Origin: Vicugna vicugna | Taxonomy: Eukaryota | DNA length: 64,000 bases | Direction: 5' to 3' | NCBI GenBank assembly: GCA_013265495.1 | Contig: MU057724.1 | Span: forward strand, 1,379,102-1,443,101 | Part shown: one piece after another, positions 24,340 to 37,639 of the stretch | How positions within the stretch are numbered: position 1 is the stretch's first letter | How the letters are laid out: each line of letters starts with the position of its first letter | Position numbers and translations under genes: made by a program | Notes under the pieces: generated by a model | What the model was told of the DNA's origin: nothing | What the model saw: the letters and a program-made list of their open reading frames with translations, nothing else | The model's database searches: none

Positions 24340-25864
24340 GTAAGTCCCAGGTACACTCGGGAATCTTGGTGACGTGTTTTTCTGTCCTTGCAGCCGTTTG
24401 GCTGTATTTCTTATTTTGCTTTTAATCATGGTGGATATTCAGCACTGCATGGAAATTATTGCCAACTAGGGATGTATGTCCTGAAAATGCACTGAAATCA
24501 GAACGACGGAACCTTAAACACGCCAGGCACAGTGCGGTCGTGTGCCAGACCCAGGCTTCCTCCTGATGCTACAGACGAAGATTTATGGGGCCCTCCAAGA
24601 GCTGGCCTTACGTTCCATCTGTACCTGCCTTCAGGCTACAAAGACAGACCTGAGACAAGACGGCATGGACCGAATAGCCCATAAAGCTAAAATGTTTACT
24701 GTTTGGCTCTTCGCAGCAAACATGCGCCCACCCTGGGTTTAAAGGATGGTTCACAGCACAGCAAACCACCACGACTGCGCCATCGCTCAGCCCACTCCAC
24801 TGCGGTGCCCAGAGCTCTGCATTTTCAAAATTGTTTACAAGACTGGAGATGCCATCATTACAGACTGTTTTTAATCTTTTATTGAACACAGGAGCATTAA
24901 TTTTTTGTCCTTCACTAATAATGGCAAAGACAAAAAAACTGGCCGCGCAAAACATGTCACAATTATTAGAAAGTTCAGATTAGGCGAGCACACAGAACGC
25001 GCACTCGAGGCGGTGGCGGTGGCGCTGACTTGGATTCCGCAGATGAAACGTCGGAGAAACCTTCGGACGACGGTGTCCTAGACGAATTTCCTCAACCCTA
25101 GGAATTTATGAATAGACAATGTATGTCTAAGCGAAAAAGGAAATTTGATCTTCGTATTAATTTAGTCATTCAACAGAACTGCATCGTGCAGTATTTTGTG
25201 ACAGGATCCTGGCCCACCCTAATTTCAATTTCTCATTTTTCATTAGGTTTATGTGCAAAAATTTACTTGATGCTCTTCGAAAGCTGACAAATGATGAAGG
25301 CAAATGAATAAAGAAAGGTTACTGGACATAAACATGGCACAGATATTTAAAAGTTATTGGATAGATCATTCTAAATGAGGTTTATAAATAAAAATGAAAG
25401 ACACAGCAATAGAGCAAGAAGGTGGTCAACTTCTGTTCAAGATCACTTTGAGCCATCAGTCGTTTCAAAAATTATCCCAGTGTTGTATTTTGAAGGTGAA
25501 GGTGTGGGAAGAGTTGCCAGTAACGATGGGCTGGAGCTGGCATATCTGGAACCTAGTGTTGGCGTTTACGAGACAGGTTGTTTTCTAGATCCACAATGAC
25601 GATTGTGAGCAGGTACCAGCGTCCAGAAGGCAGCGCCCATTTGGGGTACAAACAAAGTGAAAACCAGGGAGAGAAGGAATAAATTTTGAGTTTACAATGG
25701 TTACATTTTTAATCACAATTTCTAACAAGCTGCGTATCATTATTCCTTTATTCTTACTCATACAAAACGAATAAAATGACTTAAATTATAAAGAATTTAG
25801 AAGAATCCATGGAGCGTGTACAGTAAATGGTGATGGCTGTATTTCCAAGTGTATTGGTCATTAA
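24340..25864 (+). mobile_element. piggyBac DNA transposon fossil (Looper-like), near full length, decayed transposase
   Basis: ATG at 24921 (MAKTKKLAAQNMSQLLESSD*), acidic stretch DSADETSEKPSDDGVLDEF, and at 25596-25690 MTI/EQVPASRRQRPFGVQTK*KPGREGINF, which aligns without gaps to the piggyBac block (D)EQLVAFKGRCPFRVYIPSKPGKYGIKI; right end TTAA at 25861-25864. Confidence 0.8.
24519..24735 (+). mobile_element. MER58A-like hAT-Charlie MITE nested in the piggyBac fossil
   Basis: About 217 bp; ends gaccgaatagcccataaagctaaaatgtttactgtttggctcttcgcagcaaacatgcgcccaccctg; flanked by accttaaa / ggtttaaa (possible degenerate 8-bp TSD). Confidence 0.75.
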
Positions 25865-26034
25865 TTCCTGGCGACTGCATTGACTTAATCAAGACTTTTA
25901 TGCGACAAACTCATTGCCTTATGCTGTAAATGCTACTGACAAATGAAGAGCATTCTCTGAATGTGTTTATTAAAAGACAAATCCAGAGAGAAAGTTCTCA
26001 GGCATACCACTTGAAATGACACTTCCCTCACGGT

Positions 26035-26425
26035 CAGCTTGGTCACCAGTATTCCTCGTGCCACCCGTGGACAGAGACACCTTCCTCCCACCCCTTTCCT
26101 GTTCCAGACAATCACTACCTTTTTCCATCTCTGTAATTTTGTCATTGCAAGAATGTCATGTAAATGAAATCACACATGATTGAGTCTTTAGAGATTGGCC
26201 TTTTTCATAAGCAATATTCCCTTGAGATCCAGGCAAGTTGTTACTCATCAGTATTTAAAAATTTTCACCACTGCATAGTCTCCCACAGTACTGATGGGGC
26301 ACAATTTACTGAACTGTCCATTTGTTAACGGCTGTCTGGGTTATCTCCTATTACTGACTATTGTAAGTACACCTGCTATGAGTATTCACATACAAGTTTT
26401 CATTTCCCTTGGATAAGTCCCCGAA
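26035..26425 (-). mobile_element. L1MD-like 3' fragment
   Basis: tccatctctgtaattttgtcattgcaagaatgtcatgtaaatgaaatcacac...agattggcctttttca...cccttgagatccaggcaagttgt. Confidence 0.75.
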
Positions 26426-26579
26426 AGAGACAAACACATCACAGTGAATTATTCTCTCCTTTTGAAAATAGATATTTGTATCGCTTACACTTTGTTGCTA
26501 ACATATATTTTTCCTATGAATATTTTTGAAATAATTTTTCTAGTGAACCATCTCACAAACTTTCATGACCACACGGTCA

Positions 26580-27330
26580 TCAGTAAATGGGAAATAGCGG
26601 TGCAGTCCCCCCCCCCTCATTATTACAGACCTGTCCTCAGCTCCTGGTGGTTCTGCTAACGTGCAAGTTGTGTGTTTTAAGGCTACGGTGTTCATGGGTC
26701 CGAGCAGTGAACTGTGTCTTCTTGATTAATTTGTATCCTTATGCAGGGTCACCTCCATCTGCGGCAACGCTGCTTCCCTTGAAGGCTTGCTTGTTTCTGA
26801 TGAACGTGGCTTTACAGCCTTGTTTAGTGGCTGCAGACATGGTTTATTATAGCCTGCAGTTCACTGTCTGCTTCATAATGAGGGTATGCCACGTTTTTAA
26901 AAAGCTAATCTGACAACCTATAATTTCTCAGTGAATAGTTAACCCTACGTTTATAATGACTAGTCATATATTTGGGCTGATTCCTACCTTCCTGTTTGGG
27001 GCTCTCTGTCTGGGTCCCTCCCTCCCTCCTGCGCTTCTCAGGACTCCTTCCCCAGCCGGGAGCCTCCGTGACTCAGGGCGTCTGCTGTGATTCCGACACG
27101 CATTGTTCTTTCTGGCTTTCATGGGGTCTGTTTTTGTTTGGGTAGGTTTGGGTTTTTTATTTTTTTTCAGTTCTGTTGTTCTGCCTACTTTGAGCTCATA
27201 TTTTCTGAGAATATTTTCAGTTTGTGACTCTGGGGCTGAAGGTCTGTTCCTTGGAAGAAAATGAGCGTTTGTCTCCTCCAGGTATCTGGTGGCCCAGCAG
27301 ACCAGTGTCTGCTTCTAAAGAAACTCTGCC
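26580..27330 (-). mobile_element. Ancient L1 (L1ME-type) EN-region and 5' fragments
   Basis: Degenerate antisense L1 motifs (gttaaccctacgtttataatgactagtcatatatttggg; ttgagctcatattttc...gagcgtttgtctcctccaggtatctgg). Confidence 0.45.
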
Positions 27331-27482
27331 GAAGGCCTCAGACGCACAGAGGGCTGGAACTCGAGCTCCACACTCACGTGCAGTCTGGATCCCGACGGCA
27401 GGGTGCCAGGGGGTGACTGTCCGTCCTTCTAGCAGCAGCACGTTCCCCTGCGGTCCTCCGCGGCAGAGCAGACATTTTAAAC

Positions 27483-27680
27483 TTCATGAGTTTATTCAAC
27501 AGATATTTTTTGAGCTTCTGTTCTCAGTCTCTTAGAACTTGATACATCGGGAGGGAAAACAGAGAAAATTCCCTGCCCTCTACAGGAGACGGATGATGAT
27601 GCATAAAATGATACGCAGTTAAGCAAATCGCCTACTGTGATGGAAAGAGGGAAGCGCGGCTGCAGAAAGAAGGAAGCAGA
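27483..27680 (-). mobile_element. L2 3' terminus
   Basis: ttcatgagtttattcaacagatattttttgagc...aaaattccctgccctc. Confidence 0.6.
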
Positions 27681-28839
27681 GAAGAGAAGGTCGGGGTATG
27701 GAAGCGCTGTTTGTCCTCCTCCTCATCTTCCTGCATGTTTTCTCTACCGTGTCGATCTTGAGCAGAGTCTTGTTTGGTTTTGCGTTGCACAATATGGCCT
27801 TACAACTACATGTGATGTCTGTTAAGAGCTCATTTTCTGTGCACACACTGTCTTCTAACCCTCAAATTATTTAAGATGAGCTGTTATTGTTGGTAGTGCA
27901 ACAACCTTGTCATGGTCAAAAGAACCTGGTCGGTGAAAAAGCTGAGACACACACATGGACACAGAGACTCCAAGGTAATTTATGTTGGACGTAGCGGGAT
28001 GTCAAATCACTCCTAATGAAGCGGACAGTCAAACGCATTGGTTCTTATAACTGGAAGGTCTGGGAACACGTCCTCTTCTGAGAATTTGGAGATTTGAAGG
28101 ATATCAGCTAACTCTCACCTCCCCTAAATTCGTGGTTCAAAATTTTCCTTTCTGTCAGCCTCATGTTCCCTCCCTACGCAATTCCCCCGGGGCGGGTGGG
28201 GGGTCTACAGGAAACCCTTCAGCACCACATCATCACTGAGCAGTGATCTTGGTCAAAACTGGTTTTCTTCTCTCACACACCCGAGGACGCACAGCTAAAC
28301 AAGCTGATGAGGCGTGGTTATTGGAAGCGCCGTCAGAACCAGAAAATGTTAGAAAGGAGAATTTCCCCCAAAAGCAATTCAGAAAGTGCTGGCACACAGA
28401 GCTGTGCGATGCCCAAGTTAGGCAACCATCTTGGTGACGGGCGCAAGCTTTGAACGAATATAAGAGAGTGAAAATACAAAGCGGAACAGGAAAACACGGA
28501 AACCATGTCCAAAGAAACTATGGGCATCCACCTCCAGAAAAATAGTGGACAATTTTGCTTCGGAGTGAATGTGATTTTCCTTCCTTACAATTATCGTAAG
28601 ATCTGCAGGGACCCATTTAACGCACTCATGGTCTCACAGTCACCGCCTTTCACGAACAAGGACGTCCAGGGTGGACTCTGTTATTGGAAGCCCGGTTCTT
28701 GCACCAGCAGCACCAGCAGCACTTGAGGGCTCGCCAGGCACGCAGAACCTCAGGCTCCCCCAGCGCACGTATTGAGCGGGTGATTCACGCGCACGCCAGC
28801 GGCGATTAAAGGTTAAAGACACACTCTCCGGAGCAGCTT

Positions 28840-29030
28840 GATGGGGTTCTTACCCAGACTGACACACTTAAAAGCTGGGTGACGTTGGGCAAGTTCCTTA
28901 ATCTCACTTGAAGCTTTATTATCTTTTAAGTGGGGTGAGGCTAATAGTGCAGACACTTCAATATTAAAAACTAACTATATATTATACACTGATCACCGTG
29001 CACAGCACATTTAAATATTCAGCAAAAATG
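28840..29030 (+). mobile_element. MIR SINE
   Basis: cacttaaaagctgggtgacgttgggcaagttccttaatctc...gtgcacagcacatttaaatattcagcaaaaatg (MIR core and tail). Confidence 0.7.
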
Positions 29031-29389
29031 ACACTTTTATTTCATCTTTGAATTTAAGCCAGTTTATTCATAACCTCTTCTGCTGGAACATTTCACGTGG
29101 AAACCAGAGTGTAAATTAATATTCTCTTTGATTATTTTAGTTTTTGACTTTTAATGACCTGCTCAGGTGCCAGTTATTAAAATAATTTTGTTTCTATAAA
29201 AGCTCGACAGATGTAGAAAATTGTGTAACAATATTTATGAGATGATATTTTCCATAAATATTTAAAAGTGAAAATAAGACCATTTATCCATTAAAGTATA
29301 AACATTATACTTTCATAAGTATTATTAGTATAAAAACTGTAAATAACTATGAAGCAAAAACTTTATTTTCATGTTTAATGCGTCCCTAA

Positions 29390-31150
29390 AACCAGCAGAA
29401 GTGCCCGCTGGTCCGGCAGCCGCTTGCGGAGCCGCCACGCCCACTTCCCCTGCGCGCCTGGTGCGGGGCCTCGCGTCTCTCGCGCGCCCTCTCCCGACCC
29501 CGCCGCACACTCGTCCTAACACGTGGAGCGGTCACGGTCCGCTCCGACCTCCTGGCGGAACTCACCTTGCCCATGAGCGCAGAATTCTGGCGCACATCCC
29601 GCTGAAGCCACGAGACAAGCGCAAACTAGCACCGGCCTCGCCCAGGTTCCCCGCCGCCTACATCCTTGGCTTGGGTTTTATCTCACGCCTTGGTGCAAGA
29701 ACAGGCCTCAGCCTCCGAAACTCCCCAGCTTACTCAGAATTCTAATCACGTTCCAGCCAGCGAAGGCCTCTGCTGAAGGCTTCCGGATCCGGTGAGCCCG
29801 TCTGCGCCCAGAACCTCTGCGAGGCTCGAACACGGCAGTAGGAGGGACCAGGCCGTGGGACGGGGTCTTGGAGCCAGCGCTGCAGAAGGGAGAACGCAGG
29901 CCACGCACCGGCCTCGTGGCTTTCTGTGCCCGGTTTACGCCCCTGGGGACTGTAGACCACGTGTTCCTTTGCCTCCTTCGTCCCTGGCCCAGGAGAGCGC
30001 GCGGTTCCTACTAAGGAAAGGTCACCCGCAGTGACCCAGGGCCTGGTGCCAGGGCTGTAATGGCCGCCACCTGCCCCCGGGCAGTCCGAGCTGGACGCTG
30101 GGAGCGCCGGGGCCCAGAGAGCAGACTGCGCGCTCCTGCAGCAGCACTGCCTGGTGGCCACAGCCCCTTGCCCTGGGCGACGCATCTGACCTACGGCTGA
30201 CCGGAGCTCGCTGGCCTGGGGGTGCCACCCTGGGCTCGGGACCGTCTTACGAGGTTTACCTGAGCCACTTTGATGACACACCCTTACCCTCACCGGCAGG
30301 ATTCCCTCCCTGGAACAGGTGACATGGTTCCACCTAACCCTCACACGGCTTACAGGACCCATCACCCAGGTGCTCACTCAGCCCCTGCCCTGACAGCCCG
30401 CCTGCAGCGCTGGCCCCGCAGGACTCGGACCCTGCGCCCCGACGCTGAGGCCTGCCCCGCTGGCGCCTCAGGCCCCGCCGGGGTTCATCTGCGTGCCCTC
30501 CCCGCCCCTCCTCTGTGGAGCCCGTCGGCGCCCACCTCTGCCGCTTGCAGGAAACCCGCACCGCCTTGGATTTCGTCTCTGCCCGTATTTCTGCTTCAGG
30601 AAAACAGCCTCAGCAAAGCTGAGGTGTATCGCCGGCTTTTCAGGGTCTGGGGTAATATTTCAGCAGTCTTCCCCCAAGGAAGAGCCCCCCCACCCCGCAC
30701 GGTACCCGCCCCCGCTCCGCCCCCGTGTGCTCCGTCTTCAGGATTTCACACTTTCCTACCTGGTTTACTGGTTATCAAACAACATTAAAATAAAAAATAC
30801 AGAGAACAATGGTTGTCACAAAATATGGAATCTAAATCCGGCTGAAGGACAGGGAACGCTACGCTAAGTAACCACCTTTTTTAAGGAAAATTTGAAGGGC
30901 AGGCAGTAATTAAGAAAAGATGAATCACTTAGTCAATGAAAGATTAAACACGTGAGCCAGGTGAAGGAACGGGACGCCCGGGGAGCTGCAGGAGTCTCCG
31001 GGTGGAAGACAGTGAAGGACGGAGGCGAGCAGAGAACGCAGCTCCACCGTCCGCGGAGAAGCACGCGCACCCCGGCGTCCAGGCCCCCGCGTCCTGCGCC
31101 CCCGCTCAGGCTGCAGACCCCGGCTGGCCCTCCGGCCCCCGTCCTGCGCT
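29390..31150. other. Extended CpG/GC-rich region (CpG-island-like, patchy)
   Basis: Abrupt switch from an AT-rich flank (29050-29380) to CpG-dense sequence; no recognisable coding frame. Confidence 0.55.
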
Positions 31151-32049
31151 GACTCTGCCTTCTACTCTTGGTAACTGCTCTTCGCCCTTCTTTTCTTCAG
31201 GGACTCGGATCACCGCACCTATGCACCCATTTCTCACACCTGTGCGTTCAAATGTAACCTCTCTTTTATTTGCATTCCAATGATACACTGTGTGTGTCCA
31301 GTAATACTTTAATTTTAAAACGTAAGTCAGGCAGCTAGTTTCAGGTCTTGACAGCAGGGCCTCGACTTTAATCTTTCTCTTCTGATAATCGTGAAGAAAA
31401 GGCAAGGAAGGATTCAAACGCCACCTGGACTGATGAACAGCATCGCGAACATTCTTTTATACTAGTAACACCTACTTTTATTTTTAAAAAGACCAATTGT
31501 GTACTCAATTTAAGTTCTTGTTTATGCATCTGATTTTAAGTGCTTTAAAAACAGCTTCAAGTATCACATCTCGTTAGATGATTGTAATTACAGGGTTTAA
31601 AATATATAGATAGTAAATTCATTCTATCAGGGATGTAACTCCAAGCAACACTGTTTCACTTGTGAAGTAGGCATAATATTTGGATGTTATTCATATCTTC
31701 TTTGAAGTTTGAAGCCTTTTTTCCCTTGGCTTTCTCTGGTTTCGTATTTTTATGAGTCTAAGCTATACAGCAAAATATTAACCTTACAGAAAACCAAATT
31801 TCAAAAGAAGCACTAACACTGATGTATTGAGATTGACTTCAGCCTCTGTCTCAAGTCACCCTGTCACTCAGGATGTGTTAGCAAGCGTCAGCATCCCAGC
31901 AACATCCCATCAATTAAACACGCTCCGAGCACCCAAGAACCGGCCAGGCACCAAATGCACTTCTAGTTTAAGAAACTAATTTAATGCTGTCTTCCCGGTG
32001 TCCCCAGTGCTAGTAATAAATTAGAAGACTGCTTAGAACTCTCTGGGGG

Positions 32050-35000
32050 TTTTTTAAATTTCTTTTTTTTTTTTGTATCTTCTAATTCTAATTAAAAAAT
32101 TAATGAGAACAATTCTGTGGCATTCAGTACATTCACTGTGTTGTGTAATCACCACCACCATCTAGTTCCAGAATATTTCTATCAATCCAAAGTTAAATCC
32201 TGCCCATTAAGTGATCTGCCCAGTCCTTAGTGCCTCCCCAGCCTCTGTCCTTGGCAACCAACCGTTAGCACTTTGTTTGTATGAGTTTGTTTACTCTGGT
32301 TATTTTACATAAATGGAATTGATGCAATGTGAAATTTCCTATCAGGATCCTAAAAGTATTTCAGCATGTATCCATGGAGCAGTATGTCCCACCCTTCGTT
32401 TCTTTTCATGGCTGAGTAATACTCCTTCACATTCACTTGCCACATTTTTATCCATTCATCAGCTGGTGGACATTTGGGCTGTTTCCACCTTTGACCATTG
32501 TCAATAATCCTAGCATGAACATGTGTGTATGTAGACGTATGCTGGTCTGAGTACCTGCTTTCAACTCTGGCTCTCTACCGAAGAATGGATTACAGGAGCA
32601 CGGGGTAATTCTGTGTTTAACTCTTTTGAGGAGTCACCAAACTATTTCTACACAGGGTGGGGCATTTTACATCGTCCCGCAGTATTTGTGAGGATTCAAA
32701 TTTCTTCTTAACTCACCCAAACCTGTTATTTCCTGTTTAAAAAACATATTATACCCAACCCAGTGGGTATGGAATGTTATCTCATTGTGGCTTTGATTTG
32801 CATTTCTCTAAGAAATAATGATGCCAAGCATCCTCTTGTGTGTGTGTGTGGACTATTTGCATACATTCTTTGGAAAAATGTTTTTCAAGTCCTTTGCACA
32901 TTTTCCTAATTTTTTGTTTTTTATTTATTGTAAGAATACATTATATAATTTCGATACTAATCGTTATCAGGTATATGAGTTACAAATATATTCTCTTATT
33001 CTGTAGCTTGTCGCTTCGCTTTCTTGACGATGTCTTCTGATACACAAAGTCATTAACATTGATAAAGCCAGATTTATTTATTTTTCATCTGCACCAGTGT
33101 TTTTGGAGTCATATCTAAGAATCCGCTGACAAATCTAAGGTTATGAAGATTTACCCCCCTGTGTTTTGTCTATGAGCTTTATTGTCTTAGCTCATATTTA
33201 GGTTTTGATCCATCTTTAATTAACTTTTGTATATGATGTGAGATAAGGGTCCAGCTTCATTCTTTTGTACATGGACATCCAGTAGTTCCAGGACCACGAG
33301 AGGAATAGTCTCTTCAGTTGAATAGTGTTGACACTCTTGTCGAAAATCAGTTGGCCACAGATGCATGGACTTAGTGTTGGACTTTTAATTCTACTCCAAT
33401 GGAATTCTAATGGGATAGAGGCGAGAGTCCAACAATATGTGTGTGTGTGTGTGTGTGAGTGTGTGTGTGTGTGAGTGTGTGTGTGTGTGTAATTATGTCA
33501 ATGCACGATGTTTAGATTATTGCGACTTTATAGTAATCCTTAAAATTGAGAAATATGGACCCTCTTAACCTGTTCTTCTTTTTCATATTATTTTGGCTCT
33601 TCAGGGCTACTTAAAACTCCATATAATTTAGACTTTTGCTTCTCCATCTTTGCAATAAATAGGTAAGTAGATGGACCAGATGATAGACAAATGCCATTGC
33701 AGTTTCAACAGGGAAGGCATAGCATATGTCAATTGCCTTGGGTAATACTGACTTAAGTCTTCCATTCTTGAACAAGGAATGACTTTCCATTTATTTAGGA
33801 CTTCCTTTATTTCTTTTAGTAACGTTTGTATTTTTATTGAACAAACCTTTTACCTCTTTGGATAAATTTATTCCTAGACATTTTATTCTTCTGGATGCTG
33901 TTGTAATGGGAATTTTTAAAATTTCCTTCTATTATTGTCAAGCTTGTACTTTTCCCTTCAAGTCTGTTTATGCTTCTGCCATATACATTGGACACTACAG
34001 TTTGGTGCACTTGTGTTTAAAGTTACTTTTATCCTCTTGATGAACTGACCCTTTTGTCAATATATAATGTCCTCTTGGTTCATTGTCATAGTTTTTAACC
34101 TAAGTCGAGTCTGACACATTACTGTAGTTGTCCCATCTCTCTTTTCGTTCTTATTTGCATGGAACATCCTTTTCCAGCTTTTCACTTCCAACCTATTACT
34201 GTCTGGGAATCAACACTGAATGTTGGATTCTCAGAGAGTTTAACCTACTTACCTTTAAAGTAATTACTGATTTTAAAAAAGCCTTCAATCCATCATTTTG
34301 CCATTTGCTGCATGAATGTCTTACAACTAGTTGTTGGCTGTTCGTCACTCTCTCCACCACTGGCTTGTCTGAGTTTGGGCGATTTGTTGTTGCAAAGTCA
34401 CCTTGACTCCCTTCTCATTTCTCTTCTGAGTGTACATTTTCTCACAAGTTACCACTGGAATTTCAATTAACTTCGTACGTTTAAAACAGTCTGGCTTGAG
34501 TATAAACCAACTTGATGTCAAGCATACAGAAATTCTACACTTACACAGCTCTGCTTCCCCTGTGGTTCTGTTGTTTTTGTCACAAATCACATCTTTATAA
34601 ATTATGTATTCAATCCTGTAGATTGGTAATTATTTTACAATTATTTTCTGCATTTGTCTTTTATACAGTGCAGAAAATTAAAATTGGGGTTTAAAAATAA
34701 TACTGCTTTCATATTTGCCTATGTAGTTTTCTCTACTAGAGACCTTTGTTTACTCACAGGGCCTCAAGTTGCTAGGCAGTGTCCTTTCATTTTAACCTGC
34801 AGGACTTCCTTTGGCGGGACGCCTTCTGGGACAGGTGTACCGGTGATGAACTCCTTTGGCCCGTGCGTGTCTGAGAAGGGCTTCATTTCTCCCTCATTTT
34901 CAAAGGAGAATTTTGCCAGGGGCCAGCATAGAACTCTTCATTGACAATTTTTTTCATATGTCATCCCACCTCCTTCTGGTCTCTGTGGTTTGTGATGGAA

Positions 35001-35390
35001 GCTTAGCTGTTACTATGAGATTCCCTTGTACCTAACAAACTGCTTCTCTCTCTAGATTCGAGATTATCCCTTTGTCTCTTGACATTTTGATTATATTCTC
35101 TTCACTGTGGATCTCTCTGAATTTATCCTGTTGAGTTTGTTGAGCTTCTTAGATGTGTAGATTCACAAATTTCCACAAATTTCTAAAGTTTTGCCCATTA
35201 TTTCTTCCAATAGTCTTTTTGCCTCCTTCTCTCTTTTCCCCTCTCATCACGTGTATGTTGGTCTGCGTGATGCTACCCCACAGGTTTCTGAGCCTATGTC
35301 AGTCATTCCTCATTCTTTCTACTTTCTGATCCCCAGGCTGGAAAACTGCAACTGTCATGTCATCATTGTCACTGATTCTTTCTTCTCATT
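32050..35390 (-). mobile_element. Large internally deleted L1MB/L1M4-type LINE (3'UTR, ORF2, inter-ORF and ORF1 C-terminal remnants)
   Basis: Poly-T start, then gtggcattcagtacattcactgtgttgtgtaatcaccaccaccatctagttccagaatattt (L1MB 3' end), tatctcattgtggctttgatttgcatttctcta (ORF2), and ttcatttctccctcattttcaaaggagaattttgcc (antisense ORF1 C-terminus). Confidence 0.85.
33438..33490. repeat. (TG)n microsatellite within L1
   Basis: tgtgtgtgtgtgtgtgtgtgagtgtgtgtgtgtgtgagtgtgtgtgtgtgtgt. Confidence 0.95.
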
Positions 35391-35394
35391 TGAA

Positions 35395-35823
35395 TTCCCA
35401 GTTTTGCCAGTGCCATCCGCTGAATACACTATTCTTTCTGCATTGTATTGTCATTGCTCTCTGTCAAAGATCATTTCTTGGTCAAAGACATTTTTGTGAT
35501 TTCCTTCTGTTGTCTCCATTCCCTGCCTTTAATTTATATCTATTCTTTCACCAACAACCAGTTGTTTCTGGTCCTTTTATAGTAATCTCGAGCTCAGGAA
35601 GTGTGTGTCTGCCAAACTCACTTTTATTTCTCAGAACTGTATTGCTGCTATAGGCCCTTGGCCTTATGATGCTGCAAAATTTTAGAATCGTTTTTGTCAA
35701 CAGCTGCAAAATGCCATGCTGGAATTTTACTGTGAATGTTTTTAATCTACAAATCTGGTGGGCAAGATTTGACATCTTAAAAATATTGAAACTTCTAATC
35801 CATGAATATGAATACGACTCCAT
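35395..35823 (-). mobile_element. L1 ORF2 fragment
   Basis: ORF 35548..35823 (SWIRSFNIFKMSNL...ILKF...LRNKSEFGRHTLPE) resembles L1 ORF2p SWIGRINIVKMSILP...GGLTLPDF. Confidence 0.8.
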
Positions 35824-36350
35824 TTATTTTGGACATTTCTGAGCCATTATTTCAAATGTTTCTCCTGCTCTGTTCTCACGTTCTTCTCGCCCTGTGGTTC
35901 CACACACCTGAATGTTGTACGCGTTAACAGTGTTCCGTGACCCTTGGATGTTCCTTTTTATTTTGCTTTCTTTTCCCCTTTGCATTTCAGTTTGGGGGAG
36001 TTCCGATGAACACACCTTCAAGAACACTGGTTCTTCCCCTGGCCCTGCTCAGTCTATAAATGAGCCCGTTGAAGATATTCTGCCTTTATGAAGCCGTGCT
36101 TTTAATTTTTTAACATTTCCGTTTTACTTTTTCTTAGCATTTCCATTTCCCTGCTTACATTAGCCATCTGTTCTTTTATGTGGTCTGTTTCTTTCCATTA
36201 CAGCTCTTAAAATATTAATCACTGTTATTTAAATTGTCTGATAGTCCCAACATCTGTAACGTATTTGAATCTAGTTCTGATAATCGTTTTATTTCTTTAG
36301 ACTGTTTTCTCTTGCCTTTTGGCAGCCTTATAGTTTTTATTATCGACAGG
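35824..36350 (-). mobile_element. L1 ORF1 fragment
   Basis: ORF 35824..36027 (YNIQVCGTTGREERENRAGETFEIMAQKCPK) resembles the ORF1p RRM NIR.IGVPEGEERENG.E.IFEEIMAENFP. Confidence 0.8.
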
Positions 36351-37639
36351 AATTACTGTATAAGTAGTAGAATTGGGGTAACAGTAAATAAATTTTGAAG
36401 TGCTTTTTGGAAGTTCCAACAACATTCTCAGTAAAGAGATCATTTTGCAGGGATGTGAATGTATCAGTAGCTTCTGACTCTTCCTAAGAAGGGAAGCCTG
36501 CTTCTATGTGAAGTTCACAAAGTTCAGTCATTCAAAGAATATGTGGCCATATAATCTGGAAGAAAATTTTGCTGGAATAATTAGTTTAAATGTTTATTCT
36601 TGTTAAAAAAAGAAACCTAATTTTAGTCTACATGATAGTCTTTCTTTAAAAAGCGTGTGTAACATTTTCCTCTTCACATCTTTTTGCCTTTCTTTTATAA
36701 ATAATTCATAGTTCACACCTATCTTTTCTTTCATTAAAAAATATTAAGAATGGATCCTTTAAGATCAAGTCTTCCAAATTATGTATTTTCAGCCCACTCT
36801 TTCCTTAAATATCAGATGCAATTACAGTATTTTTGCTAATAGTTGGCTCAGTGCCTGGAAGATGGCCTCAGGAATTCTAGCCTGTGAAGTTTTTGATACA
36901 AGCAGCTGAAGAAGTGTGAACTGTTTAATTAACAGTTTTACTGAAGATAAATCAAAGATTAGCATTTATGCTCACCACTTTCAATCGAAAGGCATTCTTA
37001 TCCAAATAGGGAAACTGCGCACCTGATCCATTTGGTCCACGTCCATCCTGAAGGGTTAAGTTATATTCTCTGTCTCTCCGTGTAGAAATGCAGGGGGCCT
37101 CACAGGCTGAGGTGCGAACAGGTACCACTAGTGTCACTGATCATTTTAAGTTTTATTTGGTGGATCATCACTCCTTCTTCACCACTAAAGTACCGAATGG
37201 TGTGCTTGATTCATTCTGCTTCATTTTACTGCAGTGGCCTGGGAAAATTAAACCTCAAAAGAAAATATTTTTTAACATCTCAAACTAATTTTACTATTGT
37301 CCCCAGAATATTAGGTTTTATGGTGTTTTAGAACACTGGTGTATGTCACTAGGGCTATTTAAATTGTCCCAGAGCATAGAAAAAAACTTCAACTTTTTCC
37401 TAAGAAACAGAAACATAACTATACCTTATAAAAACTGCATAAAATAGACAACTCTAAACCAGTCTCACTTTACATGTCAATACACAAACCCCAAATAAAA
37501 TCGAAACAAGCAGAATTAAATTGTGCATTAAAGCAGTAACATGCAACAACCTAATGGGACTGATGGTGGGAACTGAAGGAAGATCATAATGAAGAAGTGC
37601 GTCCACGTGTTTATGTTTATAAATCTCCAGCGGAGAATC

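Noticed and set aside
24921..25700. Domesticated PGBD-like gene
   Set aside because: Early stop codon, frameshift at the catalytic Asp, an in-frame stop, and no C-terminal catalytic region.
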